Below are positions 38,587-51,217 of a stretch of 64,000 bases of DNA, in pieces. A program made the translations under genes and the position numbers. Source of the stretch: an uncultured virus (IMG/VR IMGVR_UViG_3300031760_000037) (taxonomy: Duplodnaviria; Heunggongvirae; Uroviricota; Caudoviricetes). A model generated the notes under the pieces. That model made no database searches, was not told the DNA's origin, and saw only the letters and a program-made list of their open reading frames with translations. Each line of letters begins with the position of its first letter. The stretch's first letter is position 1. The stretch is from IMG/VR virus record IMGVR_UViG_3300031760_000037; one strand, given 5' to 3'.

Positions 38587-39060
38587 ATGGATTGATACAG
38601 CACTTGATGAATGGTATTACAATTATGATGATGACTTACATTCGGGATGGTATTAACCTATTTCTGACTAACCGCAGAATGATTAATAATCCTTACTGTA
38701 TTCCTATGAATTGATGTATTATTCTGATTATTAGATAGCTATATCGTGACAAAGGATACCTCATCAAATAAACTCATAGAATGATTAGCTAGAAAATTTA
38801 CACGCCGAGCATTGCCATTTATTTTCATAGCTGCATTGAGGTGAGTATGATACGATTGAATAGAAATGATGGCGAATGTTGTAATGTCTGTTCTAATTAT
38901 ATCTGAATGATACTCAATTCTTTGACATATCTATTCTATAAACTATTGAAAAAAATTACCAGAAATTGATGCGCTAAAAGCATTAATGGAAAAAGTTGCT
39001 GATATTTTTAGATGAGAATTATCTAAAAAAACCGATGAGAAAAAAGAACAAGATAGATAG
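38587..39060 (+). CDS. Holin (Phage_holin_4-like, 157 aa)
   Basis: Multiple TM segments; FLGIDVLFGLL...SSNKLIEGLARK...IISEGYSILGHI pattern. Confidence 0.75.
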
Positions 39061-39439
39061 AATTTGTTATATTAATAATAAACAATATAAATTAATCTTG
39101 CTTAAAGATAAAACATCGCAGAATTTGCATCATGTTCTTTCTCAGAAAAATAAAGAATATAATGTAGATAGCAAAGAAAATAAAAAAGTTGTTTCTGAAA
39201 TCTGACATGATAATCTTAACCGTTTCTTTGGAAACAGACAGATGCCTCATCTTCAACTAAAATATATGCTTGAAGATCGATGACGAGATCAGGTATTATC
39301 AGAATGAGTAGTAAAAGAATTATATGCTTTACTCTCTTTACCTAGAGAATTATTCTACAAAGAATCATTAGTAAAAGATAAATATAAATGAAAATCATTG
39401 TTTAATGATGAAAAGATATTAAAAGATTTTATATCTTAA
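39035..39439 (+). CDS. HNH-like protein (134 aa)
   Basis: NLHHVLSQ...ENKKVVSEIGHDNLNRFFGN motif spacing. Confidence 0.5.
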
Positions 39440-39449
39440 TATTACAATC

Positions 39450-40385
39450 ATGAGAAGTATTACCGATGAGCAATTAAAATCATTCGAATGATGTCTCACG
39501 CTTCCAGAAGAAATGGCGGAAGCTACTGATTTTAAAGCCGAAGAAGCTATATCAATTAATAAGAATATAAAATTACCAGCATCATTTTCTTTATGAAAAT
39601 GGATTTATAAAACTTCTAATCAATGATCATTATGAAGCTGCACAAGCATGTGAACTACACACTCTGTGCAGATTTTAAATGTTGCTAAAAAATGAGAGAT
39701 TCCAACTAATTCAAATATAATAACGCCTAACCGAAAAGATCTATGGTGAAAAATGTGACATTCTATTACAAAATATGACGGATGAGATTATGTTGAAAAA
39801 GCCGTATCAACAGCATTAAAACAATGAATATTAATATTAGAAGATTGAAGCTTAGCTAAGTTCGACTGATATGCTACAGCAGAATGGGACTCAGCTTCTA
39901 ATTACAATATAAGCATAGATACAATGAAACGTTATCTATATAATTGAAATCCTATTGTACGATGCGTAAGATGAGATAAAAATATGTGGCGTGAAATGCT
40001 TAATTGAGAAGTGAAAACAAGACCAATCAATCCAACATGATGACATTGTATTGCCTTAGTATGATGGGACGAGTCATGATTCTGGTTTATAAATTCTCGA
40101 GAAGCTAATGATGATAAAAAACTAAAAAGTAGATTCCATATTACTTATGATAATATGAGGAAAATATGAATAAGATTTAATTATAGATATTGGGTATTAT
40201 ATACAAAGCAAGATGCAAAGGTAGATCCAGAATATTTAAAAAGAAAAAATCAAAATTTATTGATTCTCAAAGTTTTGAAAAAAAACTATGACTCAGAATT
40301 CCCTGAAATAAAACAAGCTATTGTAAACTTTTCTCAAATAGTTAGAAAAAAATATCCAGAAATAAATTCTGAATTACCTTTATAA
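39450..40385 (+). CDS. Papain-like (C1-type) cysteine peptidase (311 aa)
   Basis: NQGSLGSCTS (Gln/Cys), GGHCIALVGWD (His), FWFINS-W(CGA) (Asn). Confidence 0.85.
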
Positions 40386-40416
40386 AAATAATATTTTACA
40401 TTCTATTTAATCACTA

Positions 40417-41169
40417 ATGGCAGACAGAATCTATACACAAGCAGATTACGATAAAGTAACTGACTTGTATAATGAATACCAAACAAAAAGGGATTCGTAT
40501 ACACCAGAACAACAACAGCAAATTGAGAATGCTTTCTGAAATGCGCGAGCAACTATGTCTAATAGAATTATGGAAAGCAACAATCGTGTTGTTGATATGT
40601 GGAATGATGAACAATGAAATTCATGGCAAATGTATTGAGATGGTAGAAAGGAGATGGTTAATGCTGCTCCTACTCCACAACCTGCTCCTACTCAGCAAAA
40701 AGCAAGGAGAAGAACTCCTGAAGTTCCTACGAACAATGATGAAGAATTATATTGATTATGATGATATCTTAAAGAAGATACACTAGCTTGGGAACAGCAG
40801 AAAAATAATCCTCCTACATGAACAAGGCCTACATGAGAATCTATTCTCTGATGAGAAAATATTCAAGAAGTAGATATGCAACCTACCCCTGAACAATCAA
40901 AATATACTACTTGACCAATAACATGAATACAATTAGGAAATCCCTATACAACTCCAGGTGGATTTTCTTGAAGCAGCATCATTCCTAACTCTGCAAAAAG
41001 AACTCAATGACTACTAACTGCACAATGGATGGAGAATGCTCAAGATAGGCTATCTAAATATTCTCCACAGTTCCAAGCTGATATTAAAAGGATATTAGCT
41101 AGTTGATGAACTATCTCTAACGATGGATTTGTCCATAGAGCAGATTGAAGTGTCGTAACAAAAATTTAA
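40417..41169 (+). CDS. Hypothetical P/Q/T-rich protein (250 aa)
   Basis: MADRIYTQADYDK...; open with TGA=Gly. Confidence 0.7.
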
Positions 41170-41186
41170 ATCATGAAATTTTTACC

Positions 41187-41393
41187 ATGAATAAAGAATT
41201 AATTAACGAACTCAACGAACTCTCAGAATATTGAGATCTATATAAAGATAGAATGAAAGCTATTGCAACTCAACTTGTTGAAGAATTAAGCAGACCTAGA
41301 ATATGTGAATATGGCTTACAGATGGAAAGCTGCAGACAATGCTTATTCGAAACTCTGTGTAGATTAGATAAACAGAAAAAAGCATCTCACTAA
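41187..41393 (+). CDS. Hypothetical protein with Cys cluster (68 aa)
   Basis: ...ICEYGLQMESCRQCLFETLC... Confidence 0.6.
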
Positions 41394-41411
41394 CGAGATG
41401 CTTTTCTTTTT
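41374..41411. terminator. Bidirectional terminator at the convergence of the two genome arms
   Basis: aaaagcatctc-actaac-gagatgctttt. Confidence 0.75.
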
Positions 41412-41545
41412 CTACCTAATGCTGCTTTCCTAGCCATTCAAGCTTTTCAATATTTTTTAGCTCATATACTATAAGCAATAGCATTGGCAGATTTTGCTGA
41501 ATAACCTTGTCTTCTAAGATTACCAGCTAATCTTTTAAATGACAT
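41390..41545 (-). CDS. Small basic protein (51 aa)
   Basis: MSFKRLAGNLRRQGYSAKSANAIAYSIGAKKYGKAGMARKAALGRKRKASR. Confidence 0.7.
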
Positions 41546-41571
41546 GTGGTATATTAGAATATAAATAACAG

Positions 41572-41703
41572 CTTCCCTGACAGTCCACACCAGCATCTAT
41601 CACTGCAGCTCAAGACGCAACTTTGATAGTTCACTCAGTAGCTACTCTGATCACCTACCCTAAGCCTTCTGGTTTTTGTTTAACGTGTGGCGAGGCCAGG
41701 AAC
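41572..41703 (-). ncRNA. Candidate structured non-coding RNA
   Basis: GC-rich intergenic segment with paired ends (UUCCUGGC/GUCAGGGAA, CCACAC/GUGUGG) and internal helices (CUAUCA/UGAUAG, UCAG/CUGA). Confidence 0.45.
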
Positions 41704-41704
41704 T

Positions 41705-41974
41705 TTATCAACAATTACATTCACATCAGCTTACATTTACAGTTCATCAGATTCAAGCAATAACTCATACAGCTTTCACTGTCTTGATTGTTAACTCCAT
41801 CTTAGTTAAGAACTCTAATGTAATCATAGCTTGAATATACATTCATTCACTCAAAATTATATTACCATAAGGCATATACTTCTCTTTGATCTTAGCATTT
41901 ACTAGTTTCTGCAATTCTTCAATCGTATTACGTTGCAGAATGATATAATCATTTTTTGCTTCTTCTTCTGCCAT
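41705..41974 (-). CDS. DUF1737-like protein (89 aa)
   Basis: YIILQRNTIEELQKLVNAKIKEKYMPYG...YIQAM pattern. Confidence 0.6.
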
Positions 41975-41978
41975 TATA

Positions 41979-42215
41979 TTACCATAGAAATAAAAGATTG
42001 TTATTTTTTACATGTTGTTTTAATGTCGGACAGTCTCCTCATTTCTGAGTCTCCCGATATCGTTGACGAATATAATCTATAACTTTTTGTAAATTTTTAT
42101 ATTTAAATCTTATTATACATTCTTCATCATTATATGAAACTGTTGCAAAAATTAAACTTCATCTTTTATTATACATCTGGATCTTAAATGGTCAGTCAAA
42201 TAACATTTCATCCAT
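41979..42215 (-). CDS. Hypothetical protein (78 aa)
   Basis: Open with recoding; fills the gap between neighbours. Confidence 0.5.
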
Positions 42216-42247
42216 TTGTCAAATTTAATATAATAAATAGTACCGTT

Positions 42248-42628
42248 CTAAAAAGTTGAAATTCAAAAGTAAACTATAACTAATAAAAGAACAATACATA
42301 TTAAAATCAAAATATTACTAGCTTGCTTTTGTGTACGTAAAGAATTACTAACTTCCTCATATCTCTTTTTCCAAAGCATAATGTTATTATCAGAGTACTG
42401 TAATTCATCCCTTAATCTATCAATACATTCTTTACTGGTTTTTTTTCATTCTGTAATAACTTTATTGAGTGCATTAATGTCCTGATTTTTTACATGAATT
42501 TGTAAATAAAGTTGATCAAAAAATTTTTTACAATCCTTCCAATCCTTCTTCGTCATCTTCTGACTCCAAGTAAAATCTTCTTGAGACAATAAATTCTTCT
42601 CATTTAATTTTTTAGCTAGTCTTGTCAT
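42248..42628 (-). CDS. Coiled-coil protein with C-terminal TM helix (126 aa)
   Basis: Track ORF 42446 extended; ends ILILICIVLLLVIVYFGISTF. Confidence 0.7.
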
Positions 42629-42723
42629 GGTGTTATAATTAAAATATAAAAATAATTATATCATCCATATAATAATGTAAAATGTATTGTCAAGGCATTC
42701 TAATATATTTTAATTTGACATTT

Positions 42724-42755
42724 AAAAAAAAGACTAACTTTGTTAGTCTTTTCTT
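42724..42755 (-). terminator. Intrinsic terminator
   Basis: aaaaaaaagactaac-ttt-gttagtctttt. Confidence 0.7.
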
Positions 42756-42904
42756 TCTCAAGTTTCTACATCAAACTTTAGAACTTCTTCCACCTTGAAT
42801 TCATCACAATCTTCAAGATATACGATCTTGTGATAAATAGCATTACCATCTTTAACCTCAATGAATTGAAGCATAGGTGATACAGGTTTGTCTACTGAAA
42901 ACAT
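42743..42904 (-). CDS. Hypothetical protein (53 aa)
   Basis: MFSVDKPVSPMLQFIEVKDG... Confidence 0.55.
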
Positions 42905-42928
42905 GGCCAATGTTATTAGTATATAAAA

Positions 42929-43435
42929 TTAAATATAGCAGGATATGATCCTAGCTCCTGGTAGAGTTATACCTTTTTTTCTAACATTTTCAATATACTC
43001 TCTTGCCTCCTCTTCTGAATCAAAATATTTTGTATCAGACACAAGCTGATTTCAGACTCTCCTACGTTCTTCAACAGTTGCCATCATTGGCGCTGCATCA
43101 GGCATTCATCTTGTCATTGGTGCTTGCTCTGTAATATACATTATCTTCCAAACCTTATTTATAATTTCAGCGTATCATTCCTCTGCTTCCCTGTTGTAGC
43201 TTGCTATATTATCTTCATTTACAACAACCTCTGGTTCTTTTACAGCATCATCCTGCACTGCTTGGATGCTTGTAGAAGCATTCTGTTCTTCTAACTTCTT
43301 CATCCTTTCATCCATCATCTTCATCATCTCTCATTGCTGATTCATCATCTGAGTCATTTGCATGAGAACGTTTGCAAGATCTACAGGTTGCTCAGTTTTC
43401 TTCGGAGATACTTTTATTGGTTTTTTTTCAGCCAT
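42929..43435 (-). CDS. Hypothetical Met/Gln-rich protein (168 aa)
   Basis: MAEKKPIKVSP...LMQMTQMMNQQGEMMKMMDERM... Confidence 0.7.
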
Positions 43436-43772
43436 CTCAATTCATATAAATAAGATAAAAGTTCCTTAAATTGACACAAGTTTTTCATAGCATAGCCATC
43501 TCCATGTGAAGGCTAAACCATTTAAATAATATATCTTTTGGAATATCATACCACAATGCGGTGAATGCTCGATCGACATTTCGATAATCGTCATTAACTA
43601 CGAAATTATATCTGATTCAATCATCAGTATAATCTATTAATTCAAACTTTGGCACATGTATAATTCTTTCAATGTTGCCATCTGAATCTGCATAATATTT
43701 AGATGCAAACGCTCATATCAATTCTTCTAATGAATGATTTATCATATAGCATAACCATTTATAATCCTTCAT
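43209..43772 (-). CDS. Hypothetical protein; 3' end overlaps the next gene by 227 nt
   Basis: MKDYKWLCYM...ALWYDIPKDILFKW...NLRNFY...; first TAA at 43211-43209. Confidence 0.55.
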
Positions 43773-43974
43773 ATTATTATAATGTAGGAGATAAAACAGC
43801 ATGCCTTTTTCAAGATGATAATCTATTACATAAATCAGTTCTATTAACATAATTATTCAAATTGTTTGAATACTTTAGCCTACACTTAGTATGCTTTTTG
43901 TTTTTTAATTTACTAGCACCGCTTATACGGTAAGGGATTTTCTGTGTCATTATAATATCGTAAAAAAATAAAAA

Positions 43975-44505
43975 CTATAATTTTAGACCTTCATCTTCTG
44001 GTCAGTAATTTACTTCATTAGCTGGCTCCAATTCTGGTTCTGATTCCGATTCTTCATTCTTCTCTTTATAGAATAAATCATCAGCCATACATCTTGCACA
44101 AACCTGTGGCTCTTCTCAAATGAATGATGATACTGCCAAAGACATAAGTCTATATAAATCTCCTTTATCATTATTCCAAATAATAGATGAACTTGCTGCA
44201 TCGGCTACTTCATCTATAAATCATTTAGCAGCTACGGCATGCTTTACTATACACCGCATGTCATGATCTGCGTTGTCAAATGATTGGAAGATTTTATTCA
44301 TCACCCTTCTTCTTGTCCTTATAGCAGTCTCTCTCATTTCTTTGAGATTGAAATACTTCTTTTTTACTGCGTCACTTGTTATGATATTGTCATAGATAGA
44401 ATCCATAATCTCATTACAATGAGACACGATTGCCTCGCAATTTTTGATGCATTCTATTGCATCTAATATCCAGTGTCTGGATGTTGTCTCTTTAGTTTGT
44501 GTCAT
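43975..44505 (-). CDS. Hypothetical metal-binding protein (176 aa)
   Basis: Track ORF 44221 extended; M-W(CGG)-CIVKH and CARC motifs. Confidence 0.7.
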
Positions 44506-44839
44506 TCTTATAATCATAAGTAATAAAACGATCGTCGCCGTCGCAATAAGCTATAAGCCGTGCTAATCATCCAGCACGTTTATAACTTTCAAGCGTAGCT
44601 AATTGTTGCCACTGGACTTTTGATAATACTTTTTCATAAGTACATTTAGTTGAAACTAAATGTAATAATTTGAATTCTATTGCTATAGCTTGTCAGCCAT
44701 GCCAAACTCAAACAACATCGCAAGGTTTTAAAGTATTACCAATGTCTCAAATTTTATACAGATAAACTTTATCTCAAAAAAGTTTTCTCTGCTGATTAAG
44801 CCGATATGTTGTTGCTTCACTTTCTTTCTTAAACGCCAT
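44492..44839 (-). CDS. RecU/Holliday junction resolvase-like PD-(D/E)XK nuclease (115 aa)
   Basis: KESE...YKIGD...KPCDVVGV...AIAIEFK...QQLATL...AGGLA. Confidence 0.7.
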
Positions 44840-45167
44840 CTTCTCAATATACAATGTTATATAAAATCTGTTTGTAATTTCAAGACGTGTCGTCGAGTGC
44901 TACAAAGTTCTGTCCTATCTTATTTTTCTCAACGAGTTCTGGATCATCATCTTTAACTCTCTTCATAATTGTCACGATATTACCACGTTCATCAATAACA
45001 TATCTTCATTTATTTCCATGCACAGTAAACTGCTTATATGTTTTTGAATACTGTGCATTCTTCCAAAAAGTAACGATGTCAGCAATGACTTCCGATTCAG
45101 CTCAGATAGGAATCGAAAGGCGTTCCACCATTCTTTTCTTTGCTTCTAACGTAAATCTTAAAGCCAT
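44829..45167 (-). CDS. Hypothetical protein (112 aa)
   Basis: MALRFTLEARKRMVER...YVIDERGNIVTI; the ends weakly resemble RelE/BECR-type small proteins. Confidence 0.65.
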
Positions 45168-48100
45168 TATAACATTATTCATAAACTAAAAATAACTTTT
45201 TTAATTCCATTCCAAAACATTTCTGGACAGAATGTTGAAGCATTTGCTTTCTCAACACTATACCATGTTTGGAAATTCTTACCATTACACATGAGATTAA
45301 CAATACCTTTAATAAGCAGATTAACTTTAATCACTGCTTCTATATCTAATTCAACGAATCACTCATCAACTAATATCTTTATTCTATTTATAATCTCATC
45401 TCAGTATGAACAAATGAATATACTTTGACCAACAGTCTTTACAAACCCTGGCATGATTTCATTTATCTTTTCAACATCGTTATCGTAATTAGTAATTGCT
45501 GTTTTGATAGTTGATAAATCTATTTTAATTACAGAAGTAAAATTATTTTGTCAATAATGATTATATTTATTATCACTGAATTGATCAAATCTTCAATATG
45601 ATATTAAGCTCTTCTCTTGCTCTGCTCTATAAATCAAACCATAAACTAATGATTCAATAGTATTAATTGGATCAGCTCAAGTAGTATCTCTAACATTAGA
45701 TACATCAGCTTCAACATTATATTCTATCATATCAATGAATTCATCCTTTGTTCATAGTTTAAAACAATCTACATATAAAAGCATACCATAGCATTCAAGG
45801 TCTCACAATCTTTCATTCTCAAATTTACTTGATATAAGTTTTTTATACGCTACAAGCTTTTTAAATGTATTATCTTTATCAGCATATAATCACATTATAG
45901 TAGGATATAATACTCCACGAATTGTGTGGTTCTGTAGCCATCTCAATTCTTTTTCTCATAATTCTTTATTAGCATTTCTAATAGCTTTAGTTAACTTTAC
46001 TTTAATTATTCTGTTATTAGCTGAGTCATCTTTGATAGATGATTCTCAAAAATAGATATTGCAACTTCTCATCTTCACAGCCTTCTTAGCCTGGATTCAA
46101 CCAGTCATTTTAGTTTCTTTATTGGCTGCTCATCTGATTACAATTTCTTTAGCTTCCTGCTTCTTCTGATCTGAATCAACCTTTGATGTCATTTCTTCAT
46201 AAAGCATACAAGCTCAATCAAGCATTGAATCTATCAATGGCTGAGGTGTTGTCATCTGCATTGATAAATACTTCTTACCAGATTTATATCAAAAGCTAGA
46301 TTGAATTGCATAACGAAGTGAACTCTTACCAGTCTCAGATCATCAATAGATATTAAGATTTGGTCAAAGTGTTATTCATAGATTGGCTCACATAACATCT
46401 TCAACCATATTCATAAATTGACAACTCCATGATGAAACAAATATTTTACCATATACTCTGAGATCTCACAATTTTTTTATGTGTTCTCGATATTCTTCTA
46501 CTGATACTTCTGGCAAATTATTATCCATAATATCTCTTGCAGTATCATCTACACTCTCAAGAATATCTGGCCAGTCTCAACAAATACCAGTATCTCATAT
46601 TACACAATATGGCTTACCTGTTTTTTTATTTAATCAATATTTTGAACCTTGATTTCACCAGATGGTTTGCATTCAATATTCTTCAAAGGTATCAGCATTC
46701 TCATCGCACGCTGCATCTAAAGCATTGAAAAATCTTTTACAAATCTCATCTGTTCATAAGAAGTGTAATCAAGTATTATTTCTTGTGAGTTGTTTTTCTA
46801 ATTGTCATGCATATGTGCAAGCAGTTATAGCAATGACTCTACCATCAACTTCAACTAAATATCTAATAGTATATTCTTCAAAGTCTTTCACGTATGAACC
46901 ACTAGCATCTTTCTTATACATAGATATAGATTCTTCTTCATTGTTAGAAATAAACTTTGCTCATTCATTTATCATAACCATTCTTCAAACAAAGTTAATT
47001 CATCCTTTATCAAAGATCATCATTCAACCTCACATATCAACTTCCTTACCAGTATTAGTTTGTTTAATATAATTACACATAACTTTATCTGGTCTACATT
47101 CTACATAGCAACTAGGCTTTCAATATCTTTTAAATCCAACATTAACTTTAGCTCAGTTTGATATTAAGCTTTCATTTATTTCTGGACAAATCTTTTTTAA
47201 ATAATTTCTAACTTCATCATATATTTCAGAAGTCATTGCTCATGGCTTGCAAACGAATTGTTGCATATACATGAACAAAAAATTTATCATTGGTCAAGCT
47301 GGTCTGTTATGCTTTGAGAATCAATCATTAACATATCATCAACAATAATTACATTCTACTCATTCTTCATTATATCATACCGATCAAGCTATAGCTTTCT
47401 TAACCATATCTTCAGTCATTAAATCCATACGCTTAAATTTATATCAGCTTGTATGTTCCAACATTCAATTAGGTTGTCTGAACTTTAATGCTCAATATCA
47501 ATGATCAAAAGCTATATATCATCATGGTAGATTATCTATTACTTTTCACCAGCTTAATCAATGTAAAGTACAGCAACGCCATATCTCTCTTTCAGATATA
47601 CTTAATTGTTTACTTCATTTAGAGTCAATATACTTCTTCGTATGAACATCGTTCCTATACCAGTTGAGTCTTTTAACGCATTCAGGATCTTGTACTCGCT
47701 TTTTAATTTGTTGGAAAATTAATTTAACTCGTCCTTTTTTAGCATATCTTATTGTGTCTTTAGCTACAGTGAATGCGTCTCAGAATTCTGCAACATGTAT
47801 TATTTCGTTTCACTCTTCATCCATACTATCAAATCTTGTCCTCTTTATTGGAAAAGGTAAACATATGTATGCGCTCTTATAATCTGTAGCTTCCTTCTTA
47901 AACTTTCTATGAAGTGAACCAGGCAATCTCATCACGTCATTAATGTTTGTTCTTGATGAATCTAACATTAAATCACTTCATACTATTTGATGAAATCATC
48001 TCATATAAAAATTATAATCTTCACCAGACATATCTTTAAAAAATGGATCATCCAATTCTGTTGGATCAATCATAATATATGCATGAAATCATCCTGGTGT

Positions 48101-48724
48101 AATATTAATCCATGAGATATTATTTACGATGTCTTTATAAAAGTATTCGTTAATACCTTCAAAGGCATCAGGTGTTAGTTCTCTGATATTATCAAATCGC
48201 CAATTTACAAATTCAATTGGATCAACATCTTTCCAATAATTATATTTAGATAGTTCTTCTGGTAATGGATATCAAACTTTATCATAATCTTTCTTATCAA
48301 TATCTAACGGAATGCAGTACATTCACTTTCAAAGTTCCTTATTCAATGTTAAAGTTTTTCTTCCTCATTCCATATGTATAAGCCTTCGCCTGCCATTTGG
48401 TGTGAACGCGATGGCACGGCTAGGTATATCTTGTACATGCATGCTCATGTATTGGTTATAAGTCTTATTGTCGTGTAAGTCTCATAATCAGTATAAGTAT
48501 GATCCTAATGTACTCACATGTCGCCATGGTGTCTCAGCTGTAGGTATTAATGTTTCATCAGTTGTTTTATATTTCTGTATTTGTTCATCTAGTAAAGAAC
48601 CTTTTACACATTCAGTTGTATAAAATTTCCATACCATTTCTGGAAATAGCTCTATTAATTTTGCGTGCTGGTTCTCAATATCTTTCTGAAATTTAGATAA
48701 AGTATTTCAAGTAGGTAATTTCAT
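45167..48724 (-). CDS. Primase-polymerase (AEP/RepB-like) fused to a P-loop helicase (1,185 aa)
   Basis: AFTPNG, CIPLDID, NITPGGFHAY, DVMRLPGS (AEP motifs); C-terminal LNIYGGSETGKS Walker A near 46322-46360 and MLYEE Walker B-like. Confidence 0.8.
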
Positions 48725-48762
48725 TATTGAGAAATCTATGAAGTAAAAGTGACATAGTGATA

Positions 48763-48789
48763 GGGACACAAGCATATAGCTTATGTCCC
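48763..48789 (-). promoter_or_regulatory. Hairpin in the primase-helicase leader
   Basis: Minus strand GGGACAUAAGC-UAUAU-GCUUGUGUCCC, 11 bp with one G-U. Confidence 0.5.
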
Positions 48790-48850
48790 GTATCTATTTG
48801 TCTACAATATAAGGTAGAAATTATCCAAACCTTATAAAGCATAATTCCAA

Positions 48851-49354
48851 TTAAAAAGGTAATTGGTCGCTACTTGGAAGTTCAGTCTCTCATTTAGAGA
48901 ATACTGTCTTAGCTCGCTTTTCATCGTATTGGAATTGTACTACATAATTAAATCCTCATCTCTTAGCTGGATCTTTACTGAATTGCATATAACCTCAGTT
49001 ATTCTTATTGATAACAACTTTAGCTTTAGTTTCACTATCTTCTCTAACGATATTAGAAGTTAGCATGTTCCAAATTTTTCAGTTCTTTTCTCAACTTCTT
49101 TCAATAACGATAGCTTCTGGATAACCTTCCAAAGCAATTCTTCAAGCATCCATATAATCATCTCCATTTGAAAAAGTTTTCTTTTCTGGTTTCTCATTAG
49201 CACCAAAGAATAATTCTTTACTAACTCAGTTGATAACAACTGTTCAAGTATACATTTTTCTACCGAAGTCGTCCATAACTTGTGATCCGTCTTCAGCTAA
49301 AACTTTAGTTAAATCAACTCTAACCTTTGGTGATGTTTCGTAATCTACTGCCAT
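48851..49354 (-). CDS. Putative single-stranded DNA-binding protein (167 aa)
   Basis: C-terminal ...ELPSSDQLPF tail; replication-module context. Confidence 0.55.
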
Positions 49355-49380
49355 TTGTAATAATAATTAATTAATAAAAT

Positions 49381-49800
49381 TTATAATGTATCCTTCTTCC
49401 ATGTAATCATACATTTCATTCCAGGGATACGCTGTGCATGAAGGTCGGCCATTGCCATTCAAAACTGTTCCATAATAAAGCAAGCTATCTCAACATTAGT
49501 TTTACAAGCATGCGCTTTATTAAGTAACTCTTCTCAATTCTCTACAAGATGCATAAGCAAATTAGATACAGGAATTCAAACAAAGTTTAACTTATAATGT
49601 AATCAAAGTTCTTTGTCCTGTTCTGCATATTCTTTTATAATGTCTTTATCAATAGTATAATCAAACACAAAACTAGAATACGGATAGTCTATTCAGTCGT
49701 TATTCTTTATATCAAAAAAAGATTTAACTCCTACAACTTCTATTCCGTTATTTTTAAGAGTCTTCTCTCTTACAGGTTTTTGATTTTCTTTTGGTTTCAT
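49381..49800 (-). CDS. Hypothetical protein (139 aa)
   Basis: Open with recoding. Confidence 0.65.
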
Positions 49801-49807
49801 TATAAAA

Positions 49808-51217
49808 TTATATGTCTTGTAAAGTAAATCCTAACTCTCAATAGATATTAGCACGTTTAGAAATTCAGCCATAATATTTCTTTCATCATCCTACTTGGAT
49901 AATGTCGGCATAGTCTATTAGAAATCAATATTCTTTTCAAGGAAAGTTTCTACGCATTCTTCATGCAATCTGTGCAAGAACCTTTTGATTAGAAGTATTG
50001 AATGTTAAGATTCAAGTTGTAAGTGCTGGTAAATCTAATCATTCACCACAGCACCCTACAGTTCAGACAATAATATATTGTTGAACATTTTCAAGAGATT
50101 TTTGTAAATCTTGTTTTGACGTTTCTCAGATATGTAATCTTGCGTCTTGTCAAATTTTAGATTTTATTTTTTCATATAACTCTTTAGCATACTCAACTCT
50201 ATCGGTAAAGATTAGTATCTTTCACGATTCGTTTTTATGATAACATTTCAAAGCCATGCCAATAATCTCTTGTGTCCTTTCTTCATCTCCATTAAGCATG
50301 TTTCTATATATCTCATATGAGTCTGATGGCAAATCTCATTTACATTTCATCATATAATCCACGTCGTATTGGCGTGTCTTCTTTACTCTTATAACATATA
50401 ATGGTAAAGCTTTTGCTCATGTTTCAAACATTGTTCAAAATATTTTTTTAAATCAATCTTGCTTGAACTCTTGTCTATATGGTGTGGCTGTCACCCCGAA
50501 CACACAAGTCTTTGGTGTGTCGTTTCTCCATAAACAAATAGCTCTTAACAAAGTATCGCAAGGACATATATGTGCTTCATCACAGATAAGAATTCTGTTT
50601 CAATCATTAAGTTGATCGTAATTCATATCCAATGTTTTGTAATGACAAGCATAACTTTTAGTTGGATCTATGGCTCACTCTTCTTGTGCTCCATTAATTG
50701 GTATCAACTCCATTCATCTTTCTGCAAATGAATTCACAGCATTAGTTTGAATTGTAATATTAGGTGTAACAAAAACAATTGGTCTTTCCATACATTTAGC
50801 TAATCACCATATCATTCTTGTTTTCCCTGTTCAAGTATCTGAAACTATAAGTCAACCACAAGTTGTCTCCATAGTTTTTATCATAGCTTCAATAGCATTA
50901 TACTGATAATCGTATAATTCATCTTTAATTGTATCAAGTGTAGCTAGTGGTCATCAAGTCCATACTGTCTGATGCTCAGCTCACTCTAAACAATATCATC
51001 ATCTTGGTAGATAATATCTAATACTTCCGTCCGAAAGTTTTACTTTCTCAAATAAGTTAATCATCTTAGGGTGCATAGCAAAGTATTGTCTTTGCGCTGG
51101 ATCCTTAATAAAGTAAGATATATCTCTCAAGTCTTTTATCTTAAAATGTTCAGGGACGGTATCGTAAAACACACGTCCCTGCTCATCTACGTCTACATGT
51201 ATATCTAGTGCTGACAT
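49808..51217 (-). CDS. SF2 DEAH helicase (ResIII/UvsW-like, 469 aa)
   Basis: LYDYQ, SDTGTGKT, ICDEAH, GVTATPYR, GEGLDLP, QIAGRMRR. Confidence 0.9.

Noticed and set aside
40472..40786. 104-aa +1-frame ORF inside the 40417 gene
   Set aside because: The host gene is poor in Leu/Ile/Val here, which removes +1-frame stops; no clear codon shift as in the portal.
42024..42070. GC-richer patch with a weak hairpin
   Set aside because: Lies within the 41979-42215 ORF and partly reflects CGA/CGG Trp codons.
43777..43950. 57-aa basic minus-strand ORF
   Set aside because: Open and well placed but short with no recognisable features; not enough support to call.
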